Source: Gammaproteobacteria bacterium
GTDB lineage: Bacteria > Pseudomonadota > Gammaproteobacteria > Arenicellales > CAJQKF01
Direction of reading: 5' to 3'
Assembly (NCBI GenBank): GCA_030429665.1
Contig: JAUIEZ010000003.1
Coordinates: 17,885 to 81,884 of the forward strand
Length of the DNA stretch: 64,000 nt
A program made the position numbers and the translations under genes. This document shows positions 47,995-56,904 of this stretch, in pieces (within the stretch, counting starts at the first letter, position 1; each line of letters opens with the position of its first letter). The notes under the pieces are model-generated. The model was not told the DNA's origin, made no database searches, and worked only from the letters and a program-made list of their open reading frames with translations.

Positions 47995-49038
47995 TTATAA
48001 CAGCCAGGCCGGGTCGACCTCGGACACCGGCAGTGGGCGCACGCTCACGCCGCGGGGCTCGCCGGCCTTCGGCACGAAGTCGAACTCGACGCGTTCGGCG
48101 TTTCGTCCCTGGCCGTAGCGCGCGGCGATTCGGGCCGCCAGTTCCACGTCGTCGGGATCGGCCTCGCCCTCGATCAGGGTCAGCGGGCCCGGGTGCGAGC
48201 GCATCACGAGATGATCGAAGCGCCGGCGGTAACCCTCCAGGTAGCGCCCCTCGCCCTCGTCGCGCGAGACAATGAGCTTGAAGCGATCGCTGGGCCGGAT
48301 ATGGCGCCCCACCTTGAGCAGCATGATGTCGTCGAGCTCGTAGTTCTTGCTCCCGCGGTGAGTCCACAGGTCCGATAGCTTTTGCGAGTAGCTGGCGTCG
48401 GTGAGAAAGCAGCATCCGCCGGCGGGTTGGGACCACTCGGTGAAGCCGAGCTGTTTCGCCAGCGCGATCTGCGGCTTGCGGCTGCGGCCGGTGAAGTCCG
48501 GCAGCGACTCGCGGTCCACCCAGCCCATGCGCTCCGGCAGCGTGGCCGGACGATGGCGGGCGCACAGGGGCCGCAGCAGCACGTCCTCGGCGCCGGACTC
48601 GCGCTCGATGACCGGAAAGGTACTGGCGCGCTGGGACTTGGGACGCTGGCCCACCACCTCGCCGGTGACGATGAAGTCAAAACCCTTCTTTTGCATCCAC
48701 TCATGGGCTTTTCTCACCATGAAGCACTTGCAGTCCAGGCACGGGTTCAGGTTGGCGCCGTAGCCGTGCTTCGGGTTGATGACGACGTCCTTGTACTCCT
48801 CGATGATGTCGATGATGTGCAGCTTGATGCCGAGTTGCTCGGCCACCCACAGGGCGTTGTTGCGCTTGGGCCTCGCGCGGGCGCGGTTGCGGATGGCGTG
48901 GGTGTGGCCCTCGACGCAGAAGCCGGTGAAGAAGTTGATCCCCTCCACGTGCACCCCCTGGTCCATGACCACCCGGGCGGCGAGCATGGAGTCGAGGCCG
49001 CCCGAGATCAGGGCGACCGCCTTGGGCTGGTCTGGCAT
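47995..49038 (-). CDS. PP-loop ATP pyrophosphatase, ThiI-C-terminal/tRNA-thiolase-like, Cys-rich
   Basis: ALISGGLDS PP-loop. NPCLDCKCFM and AGGCCFL Cys clusters (possible Fe-S or persulfide sites). No THUMP or rhodanese domain seen. Confidence 0.7.
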   Translation of the reverse strand: MPDQPKAVALISGGLDSMLAARVVMDQGVHVEGINFFTGFCVEGHTHAIRNRARARPKRNNALWVAEQLGIKLHIIDIIEEYKDVVINPKHGYGANLNPCLDCKCFMVRKAHEWMQKKGFDFIVTGEVVGQRPKSQRASTFPVIERESGAEDVLLRPLCARHRPATLPERMGWVDRESLPDFTGRSRKPQIALAKQLGFTEWSQPAGGCCFLTDASYSQKLSDLWTHRGSKNYELDDIMLLKVGRHIRPSDRFKLIVSRDEGEGRYLEGYRRRFDHLVMRSHPGPLTLIEGEADPDDVELAARIAARYGQGRNAERVEFDFVPKAGEPRGVSVRPLPVSEVDPAWLL

Positions 49039-49175
49039 GGCGTGAAACGGTTACCGTAGGCGGACGGCGGATTCTATCAACTTCGCGGGGGCCGCTGAAG
49101 AAGGGCCCGATGATCGAAAGGAACCGCTCAAACTGTAAAAACTCGCCAGAAAATTGAAAATAACCGCCACGCCAA

Positions 49176-49367
49176 TTACTCGTTCTCGTACCGCACCTCG
49201 ACCCGGGCCACGCCGTCGGCATCCACCTCGGCGCGCAGCACCAGCGGCCGGCAGCACACCTGGCAGTCCTCCACGTACGTTTGCTCGGCGATCGAGCAGT
49301 CGACCACCACCTCGATGGGCTCGCCGCAATAGGCGCAGTGAACGGGTATCGTCTGGACAGGTTCCAT
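49176..49367 (-). CDS. CPxCG-type cysteine-rich zinc-ribbon protein (63 aa)
   Basis: Start re-set to ATG 49367: MEPVQTIPVHCAYCGEPIEVVVDCS...EDCQVCCRPL. Confidence 0.55.
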   Translation of the reverse strand: MEPVQTIPVHCAYCGEPIEVVVDCSIAEQTYVEDCQVCCRPLVLRAEVDADGVARVEVRYENE

Positions 49368-49514
49368 GATGCGAATTGTATTTCCACGGCGGCCGCGACC
49401 GGGGCTCATCGGTTTTCTCCGTCGCGGTTAGACACCCGCGCCCCGCTGGTTGTACCCTGATCGTTCGCAGGGCGCATCGGCCCTTGCGAACCCATTCGCC
49501 GAGACATTTTCCCG

Positions 49515-50483
49515 ATGATTGCAATCGAACAAATTGACGAGGCCGCCTACACCATCATGGAGAAGGCGGCGATCGACATTCCCGACGACTACCGCGACGG
49601 TATCCGCGGCATGGTCGACACGGAGAAAAAGGACCTGTCGTCCTTCGTGCTCAAGACCATGCTGGACAACTGGGAAGCCGCCACCGGCGACCGGAGGCCC
49701 ATGTGCGCCGACACCGGGTTGCCCCGCTACTACGTGAAGGTGGGCAACGAGGCATCGGTGGAAGGCGGCTTCGTGGCCGTCGAACGCTCGCTGCGCGCGG
49801 CCACCGCCCGTGCCACGCAGGCAGTGCCGCTCAGGCCCAACCGGGTGCACCCGCTGACGCGCGCCGACAATAACAACAACGTGGGCGTGAACGCGCCCGA
49901 GATCGAGTGGAGTTTCGAACCGGACGCCGACTGGATCGACATCACCACGGTGCACAAGGGCGGGCTGTTCGGCACCGACTACCGCATGCTGTTCCCCGGC
50001 GACGGCCTCGACGGCATCAAGCGCTTCTACCTCGACACCCTGATCGCCTTCGGCAAGCGCGGCCTGTGCTGCCAGCCGGCCATCGTCGGCGTGGGCTTGG
50101 GCGGCTCCAAGGACACCTGCATGCAGCTCGGCAAGCAGGCGGCGTGCCTGCGCGTGGTCGGCGACCGTAACCCAGACCCGAAAATCGCCGAACTGGAGCT
50201 CGAGCTGAAGGCGCTGGCCAACGGCATCGGCATGGGTCCGATGGGCTTCGTCGGCTCGTCCATGGCGGTGGACTGCCATATCGAGATCGGCTACACGCAC
50301 ACCGGCGGCATGCCGATGAGCGTGCATACCTTCTGCCTGTCGTCGCGCCGCGCCACCGCGCGCATACACGCCGACGGCCGCATCGACTACCGCACCGATC
50401 CCAGGTGGTTCACCCCCTACATGCGACGCGACAGCGTCGATTGGTCGCCCGATGCGGGCGCCGGCAGCGAGGCCGCGTCATGA
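49515..50483 (+). CDS. Fe-S type hydro-lyase alpha subunit (class I fumarase / tartrate dehydratase family)
   Basis: RPMCADTGLPRYYVKVG and GLCCQPAIVGVGLGGS motifs of the TtdA/FumA N-terminal domain. Confidence 0.8.
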   Translation: MIAIEQIDEAAYTIMEKAAIDIPDDYRDGIRGMVDTEKKDLSSFVLKTMLDNWEAATGDRRPMCADTGLPRYYVKVGNEASVEGGFVAVERSLRAATARATQAVPLRPNRVHPLTRADNNNNVGVNAPEIEWSFEPDADWIDITTVHKGGLFGTDYRMLFPGDGLDGIKRFYLDTLIAFGKRGLCCQPAIVGVGLGGSKDTCMQLGKQAACLRVVGDRNPDPKIAELELELKALANGIGMGPMGFVGSSMAVDCHIEIGYTHTGGMPMSVHTFCLSSRRATARIHADGRIDYRTDPRWFTPYMRRDSVDWSPDAGAGSEAAS

Positions 50484-51148
50484 GCGAGTTGAAGGAGCAC
50501 CACCTGACGCTGCCAGTCGGGCGCGACGACATCGCGCCGCTTGCCCCCGGCGACATCGTCTACTTCGACGGCGTGGTCTATACCGCTCGCGAAGGCGTAT
50601 ACCAGAAGGTCATCGGCGAGGGACAACCGCTGCCGATCGATCTCACTGGTCTTTCCAACTGCAACTTTCATTGCTCTCCCGCCGCCTCGCGCGGCGCCGA
50701 TGGCGGCTACCGGATCGGCGGCGTCACCGCGACCGCGAGCTTTCGCTTCTCCAAGTGGATGCGGCAATGGCTGGAGTTGACCGGCACGCGCATCATCATG
50801 GGCAAGGGCGGCATGCCGGCGAACGACTACAAGGAAATCCTCGCGCCGCTGGGCGCGGTCTACCTGACCACCGTCGGCTACGGCACCGGTGCCTTGCTGG
50901 GGCGCGGCATCACCGGCGTGCGCGACGCGTTCTGGCTCGACGAACTCGGCATCGCGCAGGCCATGTGGCTGTTCGATGTGAAGCGCTTCGGTCCGTTCAT
51001 CGTCGACAGCGACCTCGACGGCAACTCGCTGTTCGCGGCCCAGGGCGAGGAGATCAACCGCGGGATCGGCAAGCTCTACGACGGTCTCAAGGCGCCGGCC
51101 CTGCACCGTTACGGCGAGACCGACGACCGCGAGGACGAGGTGCTCTAG
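50480..51148 (+). CDS. Fe-S type hydro-lyase beta subunit
   Basis: ATG 50480 overlaps the alpha stop (ATGA). GDIVYFDGVVYTAREG...IIMGKGGM... TtdB/FumA C-terminal domain pattern. Confidence 0.8.
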   Translation: MSELKEHHLTLPVGRDDIAPLAPGDIVYFDGVVYTAREGVYQKVIGEGQPLPIDLTGLSNCNFHCSPAASRGADGGYRIGGVTATASFRFSKWMRQWLELTGTRIIMGKGGMPANDYKEILAPLGAVYLTTVGYGTGALLGRGITGVRDAFWLDELGIAQAMWLFDVKRFGPFIVDSDLDGNSLFAAQGEEINRGIGKLYDGLKAPALHRYGETDDREDEVL

Positions 51149-51156
51149 GCGCCGGG

Positions 51157-51822
51157 TTACTCGAAGAACCGGGTGAAAACCGGTACCGCCTCGCGCGGCG
51201 TCCGGTAGCCGTTGACGGCGGCGCGGGTGTCCTCGTAACCGACCGCCACGCCGCCCAGCACCCGGTATTCCTCGCCGAAACCCAGCGTCTCGCGGACGAT
51301 GTCCGGGTACTCGCCCAATGCCGCCTGCGGACACGTCGCCAGACCGTGGTCGAGCGCGGCCAACATCACCGACTGCATGAACATCCCCATGTCCATGTAC
51401 GAGCCGCTTTCCAGGTCGCGGTGCATCAGGAAGAACAGCACGACCGGCGCGCCGAAGGCGCGATAATTGGCAATCCATTGCTCGCGGCGCCGTTCGCGAT
51501 CGCCTCGCTCGATGCCGAGCGAACGGTAGAGTTGGACGCCGCAGGCCACGCGCCGGGCAAGATACGGCTCGTCCCAGTCGCGCGGATAGTAGCGGTAGTC
51601 CATGCGCGGAGCGACGCCGTCCCGGTGGGCGCGTTCGATGGCGCCCAGCAGCCGCTCGCGGGACGCGCCCGACACCACCGCCACCCGCCACGGCTGGGTG
51701 TTGGCGCCGGAGGGCGCGTGGCGCGCGGCGTCGAGGATTCGTTCGATAGTCTGGCGCTCGACGGGACGGTCGAGAAAGGATCGGGTGGAGTGGCGCCGCC
51801 GCAGCGCGTCGCCCACGTTCAC
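51157..51822 (-). CDS. Nitroreductase family protein
   Basis: No in-frame ATG near the conserved N-terminus. The GTG at 51822 overlaps the upstream TGA (GTGA) and gives (M)NVGDALRRRHSTRSF...HAPSGANTQPW. Confidence 0.75.
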   Translation of the reverse strand: MNVGDALRRRHSTRSFLDRPVERQTIERILDAARHAPSGANTQPWRVAVVSGASRERLLGAIERAHRDGVAPRMDYRYYPRDWDEPYLARRVACGVQLYRSLGIERGDRERRREQWIANYRAFGAPVVLFFLMHRDLESGSYMDMGMFMQSVMLAALDHGLATCPQAALGEYPDIVRETLGFGEEYRVLGGVAVGYEDTRAAVNGYRTPREAVPVFTRFFE

Positions 51823-52277
51823 GACGCGACGTCGCGAAATATCATGCAGGTCGCGCTGCCCTGGGCGACGAGCTTGCCCTCGGCGTTGCGCAACGATCCT
51901 TCGGCCACCCCCAGCCGGCGACCGATGTGGATCACGCGACCCTCTGCAATCATCGTCTCGTCGAGGGGCGGCGGCCTGAGCATCTTCAACTCGAGCGAGA
52001 TGGTGGTATAGCTCTCCCCCGCCGCCATGTGCGTGTGCACCGCGCAACCGGTCACCGAATCGATGACGGTGGCGGCGAAACCGCCGTGCACGCCGCCGAC
52101 CGTATTCAGGTGCCGCGCGTCGGCGACGGCGGTCATTCGCACCAGGCCGCGCTCGGCGTAGGTGAAACGCATGGGCAACGTTGCCGCCATGGTCGGCAGG
52201 GGCAGGTTGCCGGCCATCAGTTGCGCGAAATATTCGAGGCCGGACAGGGTCGTCGGCTTGCCGTTCGAGTCAGTCAT
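51819..52277 (-). CDS. PaaI-family hotdog thioesterase
   Basis: NTVGGVHGGFAATVIDSVTGCA motif, 152 aa. Confidence 0.8.
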   Translation of the reverse strand: MTDSNGKPTTLSGLEYFAQLMAGNLPLPTMAATLPMRFTYAERGLVRMTAVADARHLNTVGGVHGGFAATVIDSVTGCAVHTHMAAGESYTTISLELKMLRPPPLDETMIAEGRVIHIGRRLGVAEGSLRNAEGKLVAQGSATCMIFRDVAS

Positions 52278-53173
52278 TGTTCGGGGAAGAATGTCTTGAG
52301 TTGCGCGATTACCGCTTCGGGCTGTTCCTCGGGCAGGAAATGGCCGCAGTCAAGCGCCTCGCCTCGCACGTCCGCGGCGTAGTCCCGCCACACGCCGAGC
52401 ACGTCGTAGCTTCGATGCACGAAACCGCGGCCGCCCCACAATACCAGCAGCGGGCATTCGACGAGGCGGCCACGATCCGCCTCGTCGTGCTCGAGGTCTA
52501 TACCCGCGGCCGCGCGATAGTCCTCGCAGGAGGCGCGGATGGTGTCCGGGTCGCTGAAGCAGCGCACGTACTCGGCCACCGCCGCAGGGTCGAATTCGGC
52601 GCCGGGCGCGCTCCAGTGAGCGAGCTTCCGGCGCAGGTACCACTCGGGATCGGCGCCGATCATGTGTTCCGGGAGCCCGTCGCCCTGGACGAGGAAGAAC
52701 CAGTGGTAGTAGCCGGTGGCGAAGGCCTTGTCGACGTGACGAAACATGTGCAGGGTGGGTGCAATGTCCATGACGCAGGCGCGGAGAACGCGCTCGGGAT
52801 GATCGAGCGCCATGCGATGCGTCACGCGGGCGCCGCGGTCATGGCCGGCGACGAAAAACCGCTCGTGCCCGAGCGCCGACATCACCTCCACCATGTCCCT
52901 CGCCATCTCCCGCTTGGAATACGCCTCGTGATCCGTCCCCGACGCCGGCTTTTGGCTGTCGCCGTAGCCGCGCAGGTCGGCGCACACCACGAAGTAGCGC
53001 TCGGCCAACGCCGGCGCCACGCGGTGCCACATGAAGTGAGTCTGAGGATAGCCGTGAAGCAGCAACAGCGGCGGGCCGTTGCCGCCGCAACGCAGGAAAA
53101 TGCGGGTGCCGCCCGTCTCGACACGGCGCCCGGAGAACGAATCGAAATACATGAAATACGTCGATGACGACAT
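52274..53173 (-). CDS. Alpha/beta hydrolase (haloacetate dehalogenase / epoxide hydrolase-like)
   Basis: LLLLHGYPQTHFMWHRV...FVAGHDRGARV nucleophile-Asp motif. Start chosen at ATG 53173 (MSSSTYF...). Confidence 0.8.
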   Translation of the reverse strand: MSSSTYFMYFDSFSGRRVETGGTRIFLRCGGNGPPLLLLHGYPQTHFMWHRVAPALAERYFVVCADLRGYGDSQKPASGTDHEAYSKREMARDMVEVMSALGHERFFVAGHDRGARVTHRMALDHPERVLRACVMDIAPTLHMFRHVDKAFATGYYHWFFLVQGDGLPEHMIGADPEWYLRRKLAHWSAPGAEFDPAAVAEYVRCFSDPDTIRASCEDYRAAAGIDLEHDEADRGRLVECPLLVLWGGRGFVHRSYDVLGVWRDYAADVRGEALDCGHFLPEEQPEAVIAQLKTFFPEQ

Positions 53174-53368
53174 GTTGGCGGCGGCACATTGTAGCGGACC
53201 AAAGCGCCAGGAGCGCATCGCGGTATCGTGATCCCGGGACAAGCTCCACGCCGACAGCCGATCACCGGCGCCAACGGATTCATTTACGAATAGTATTGAT
53301 TCGCATTTATTTTTAGACTAATCTCGTTTTCCTCGACAGACCTCACCCGACGCACGGAGTCCCCGCCC

Positions 53369-53794
53369 ATGTGCTACGACCCGGAAACCGTTAAGCAATA
53401 CCTGATCTGCGCGGCCCTCGACGAAACCGAGATGGTTTGCGACTTCGTCGAAAGCTTCGGCGTCTGCGCGGACGCGACCTGGGGCGGCAAGCCCACCGCG
53501 CTGTGTTACGCGGCGCTTCACGGCAACGTCCAGCTGGTGACCTTTCTGCTCCGTCACGGCGCCGACGCCAATCACCGCGACGCCCTCGACATGACACCGC
53601 TGCACTACGCCGCGCTCGGGGGCTGCCAGGCGTGCGGCCGGCTGCTGATCGAGGCCGGCGCCGACGGCACGCGGCGAAATCGTTTTGGAAAGACGCCGGC
53701 GGCGCTCGTGCCATCACGCATCCCGCCACCGAACCGTCGAGCGCTGCTCGATCTGTTTCGGCACGTGCCGCGACCGATGGCGCTCGCCCACTGA
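53369..53794 (+). CDS. Ankyrin-repeat protein (141 aa)
   Basis: TALCYAALHGNVQLVTFLLRHGADANHRD / MTPLHYAALGGCQACGRLLIEAGADGTRRN / GKTPAAL: two to three ANK repeats. ACGGAG RBS-like element. Preceded by an AT-rich patch. Confidence 0.75.
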   Translation: MCYDPETVKQYLICAALDETEMVCDFVESFGVCADATWGGKPTALCYAALHGNVQLVTFLLRHGADANHRDALDMTPLHYAALGGCQACGRLLIEAGADGTRRNRFGKTPAALVPSRIPPPNRRALLDLFRHVPRPMALAH

Positions 53795-53880
53795 TTCATC
53801 ACCCGTCGGCGCGCGGGCAGTCGTGCGCGCGGCGCGAATCTCCTATCATTGGCGGACCGTTCCCTTCACCGCCACTGACC

Positions 53881-56800
53881 ATGCTCGACAATGCGGGCGC
53901 GGCCGAGCTCGCGCACATTCATTTCGGTATCGATGCCGTGGCCACGCGCCTCGACGGCGAGATCGACGAGAACTTCAGGCTGTCGAGCGACCGCGCGACC
54001 CACCTGCTCAAGGTACACCGCGCGACGGACACGGCGGCGCTGGACTTCCAGGACGCCCTCCTGCAATGGCTTGCGGCGCACGCCCCCGGTCTCGGCACGC
54101 CGACTCCGGTGAACGGCGTCAATGGCGAGACCATGGCGCCGGCACGCATCGACGGCACCGACGTCACCCTGCGCTGCCTGACCTGGCTTCACGGCACGCC
54201 GTGGTCCGCCGCCGCCATCGATCCGTTGGAAAGCCCCTGGTCACTCGGCGAGTACCTCGCCCGGCTGGACCTGGCGTTGCACGATTTCAGCCATCCTGGC
54301 GCCGAGCGGGACCTGCCGTGGGACATGCGCCGGGCCCACGCGCACCGCGACGGGTTGTCGAAGGTCGAACCCGCGACGTTGCGAGCACGGATCGACACCA
54401 TCCTGGCGCGCTTCGAGGAAACGGCCCGCCCGGCGCTGATGAAACTGCCCCGGCAGGTTATCCATAACGATGCCAACGACAACAACGTGCTGCTGGACGA
54501 TCGCGGCAGGGTAACCGGCGTGATCGACTTCGGCGACGCGATCGCCGGTCATCGCGTGACCGAGCTGGCGGTGGCCTGCGCATACGCCATGACCGGCGCG
54601 CACGACCCCTGGGGCGTCGCCGGGAAAATCCTGGCCGGCTATCACGCCGTCGCGCAACTGACCGCCGAGGAAATCGCGCTGGTGCCGGACCTCGTCGAGG
54701 CGCGCATTGCCATGAGCGTGTCGATGGCGGCGCGCCAGCATGCCGAGCAACCGGAGAACGATTACCTGCTGGTGAGTCAGTCGCCGTTTCGCGAGTTGCT
54801 CGATCGCCTTGCCGGCGATAACCGCGAACTCGTCCGGTACCGCCTGCGCGACGCCTGCGGCCTGTCGCCGCACCCGGCGACCCGGCATATCGAGGGCTGG
54901 CTGCGGGCGCACCGCGACTCGTTCGCACCGGTCTGCCGGCACGACCTGCTCGATTCCGGGAACGTCCTGGTTTTCGACCTGACGACCGGCGGACCGCATG
55001 CCGAGGCAATGCGCGATATGTCGACGACCGAGGCGTTCACCCGGTACATCTTCGAACGCATGGCGGAAGCGAACGCGGCGGTCGGCATCGGACGCTTCCT
55101 CGAAAAGCGCAGCCTGTATCAGACCGCCGCCTACCTCACCGCGGACCCGGGCGAACGCCGCGACCGTCATCTCGGCGTCGACCTGTTCCTGGCGCCCGGA
55201 GAACCGGTGTTCGCGCCGCTCGACGGCGTGGTGGAGGCGCTGGCGGACAACAACGCACCGCAGGACTTCGGACCGACCGTGATCCTTCGACACGACGCCG
55301 GCGGCCCGCCGTTCTGGACGCTTTACGGTCACCTGAGCCTCGACACGCTCGAGCACCTGACGGCGGGGCAGCGTGTCGCCGCCGGCGACGTGATCGGCTG
55401 GGTCGGCGACTACCCGGCCAACGGCGACTGGCCGCCCCACCTGCACTTCCAGGTCATGACCTCCCTGCTGGGCATGGGCACCGGCATTCACGGGGTCGGC
55501 AACGACTCGCTGCTCGACACCTGGCGCGGCGTGTTCCTCGACCCCACCCTCATGATCCGCACCCCTGCGCGGTTGCGCGCACCGGTGGAGGAATCGCCGG
55601 AAGCGCTGCGATTCAAGCGCCGCGTGCGTCTCGGCCGCATGCTGTCCCTGGCCGGCGAACCGCCGCTGAAGATCGTGCGCGGGCGCGGACAGTACCTCTA
55701 CGACCACGACGGCACGCGCTTCCTCGACATGGTGAACAACGTCTGCCACGTCGGGCATTGTCATCCCCGCGTGGTCGCCGCGGGCCAACGGCAGATGGCG
55801 ACACTGAACACCAATACCCGCTACCTCCACGACCACATCGTCGAACTGGCACGGCGCCTGGCAGCGACCCTGCCCGATCCGCTCTCGGTATGCTTCTTCG
55901 TCAACTCCGGCAGCGAGGCCAACGATCTCGCGCTACGGCTGGCCCGTGCCCACACCGGGTCTCGCGACGTCGTCGTGCTCGACCACGCCTACCACGGCAA
56001 CCTGACGTCGCTGGTCGAGATCAGTCCCTACAAGTTCGACGGCCCCGGCGGTGGCCCGCGCCCGGCGCATACCCACGTGTGCCCGCTGCCGGACACCTAC
56101 CGCGGACCGTGGCGGCGCGACGACCCCGACGCGGCCGCGCGCTACGCCGACGCCGTCGGCGAGTGCTTCGCCCGACTGCGAGACCGCGGCGGCCGCGCGG
56201 CAGCATTCATCGCCGAATCCCTCGGCGGGGTCAGCGGCCAGGTGATCCTGCCGCCGGGCTACCTCGGCGCCGCCTACCGTCACGCCCGCGCGGCCGGTGC
56301 GCTGTGCATCGCCGACGAAGTGCAGGTCGGCCTCGGCCGGGTCGGCGAAGCGTTCTGGGGCTTCGCCACCCAGGACGTGGTGCCGGACATCGTCACCATC
56401 GGCAAGCCGCTGGGAAACGGTCACCCCCTTGCCGCGGTGGTGACGACGGCGGCGATCGCCGAGAGCTTCAACAACGGCATGGAGTACTTCAACACGTTCG
56501 GCGGCAACCCTGTCTCCTGCGCGATCGGCCTGGCGGTTCTCGACGCCATCGTCGACGACGACCTGGTCGGCAACGCCGCACGGCGCGGAGAACAGCTTCT
56601 TGGCGGATTGTCCACGCTGGCCGCGCGACACGAACTGATCGGCGACGTGCGGGGCATCGGACTGTTCATCGGTTGCGAGCTGGTTGCCGATCGCGAGACG
56701 CGACATCCCGCCGCCGCCGAGGCAGGCGCACTGGTAGGCCACGTTCGGCGGCGCGGCATCCTGTTGTCGACCGACGGACCGCATGACAACGTGCTCAAGA

Positions 56801-56904
56801 TCAAGCCGCCGCTATGCCTCGGTGCCGGCGACGTGGAGTATTTTCTCGAGTGCCTCGACGAGGGGCTGACGGCGCTTGAAGGGACCGTGGGATCGGCGTC
56901 GTGA
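53881..56904 (+). CDS. Tri-domain protein: APH-type kinase + M23 (LytM) domain + class-III PLP aminotransferase/phospho-lyase-like
   Basis: Start re-set to ATG 53881. Kinase motifs VIHNDANDNNVLL / GVIDFGD. M23 HLGVD...PHLHFQV. Class-III fold with SGSEAND, DEVQVGLGRVG and the PLP lysine in TIGKPLGNGHP. Confidence 0.8.
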   Translation: MLDNAGAAELAHIHFGIDAVATRLDGEIDENFRLSSDRATHLLKVHRATDTAALDFQDALLQWLAAHAPGLGTPTPVNGVNGETMAPARIDGTDVTLRCLTWLHGTPWSAAAIDPLESPWSLGEYLARLDLALHDFSHPGAERDLPWDMRRAHAHRDGLSKVEPATLRARIDTILARFEETARPALMKLPRQVIHNDANDNNVLLDDRGRVTGVIDFGDAIAGHRVTELAVACAYAMTGAHDPWGVAGKILAGYHAVAQLTAEEIALVPDLVEARIAMSVSMAARQHAEQPENDYLLVSQSPFRELLDRLAGDNRELVRYRLRDACGLSPHPATRHIEGWLRAHRDSFAPVCRHDLLDSGNVLVFDLTTGGPHAEAMRDMSTTEAFTRYIFERMAEANAAVGIGRFLEKRSLYQTAAYLTADPGERRDRHLGVDLFLAPGEPVFAPLDGVVEALADNNAPQDFGPTVILRHDAGGPPFWTLYGHLSLDTLEHLTAGQRVAAGDVIGWVGDYPANGDWPPHLHFQVMTSLLGMGTGIHGVGNDSLLDTWRGVFLDPTLMIRTPARLRAPVEESPEALRFKRRVRLGRMLSLAGEPPLKIVRGRGQYLYDHDGTRFLDMVNNVCHVGHCHPRVVAAGQRQMATLNTNTRYLHDHIVELARRLAATLPDPLSVCFFVNSGSEANDLALRLARAHTGSRDVVVLDHAYHGNLTSLVEISPYKFDGPGGGPRPAHTHVCPLPDTYRGPWRRDDPDAAARYADAVGECFARLRDRGGRAAAFIAESLGGVSGQVILPPGYLGAAYRHARAAGALCIADEVQVGLGRVGEAFWGFATQDVVPDIVTIGKPLGNGHPLAAVVTTAAIAESFNNGMEYFNTFGGNPVSCAIGLAVLDAIVDDDLVGNAARRGEQLLGGLSTLAARHELIGDVRGIGLFIGCELVADRETRHPAAAEAGALVGHVRRRGILLSTDGPHDNVLKIKPPLCLGAGDVEYFLECLDEGLTALEGTVGSAS

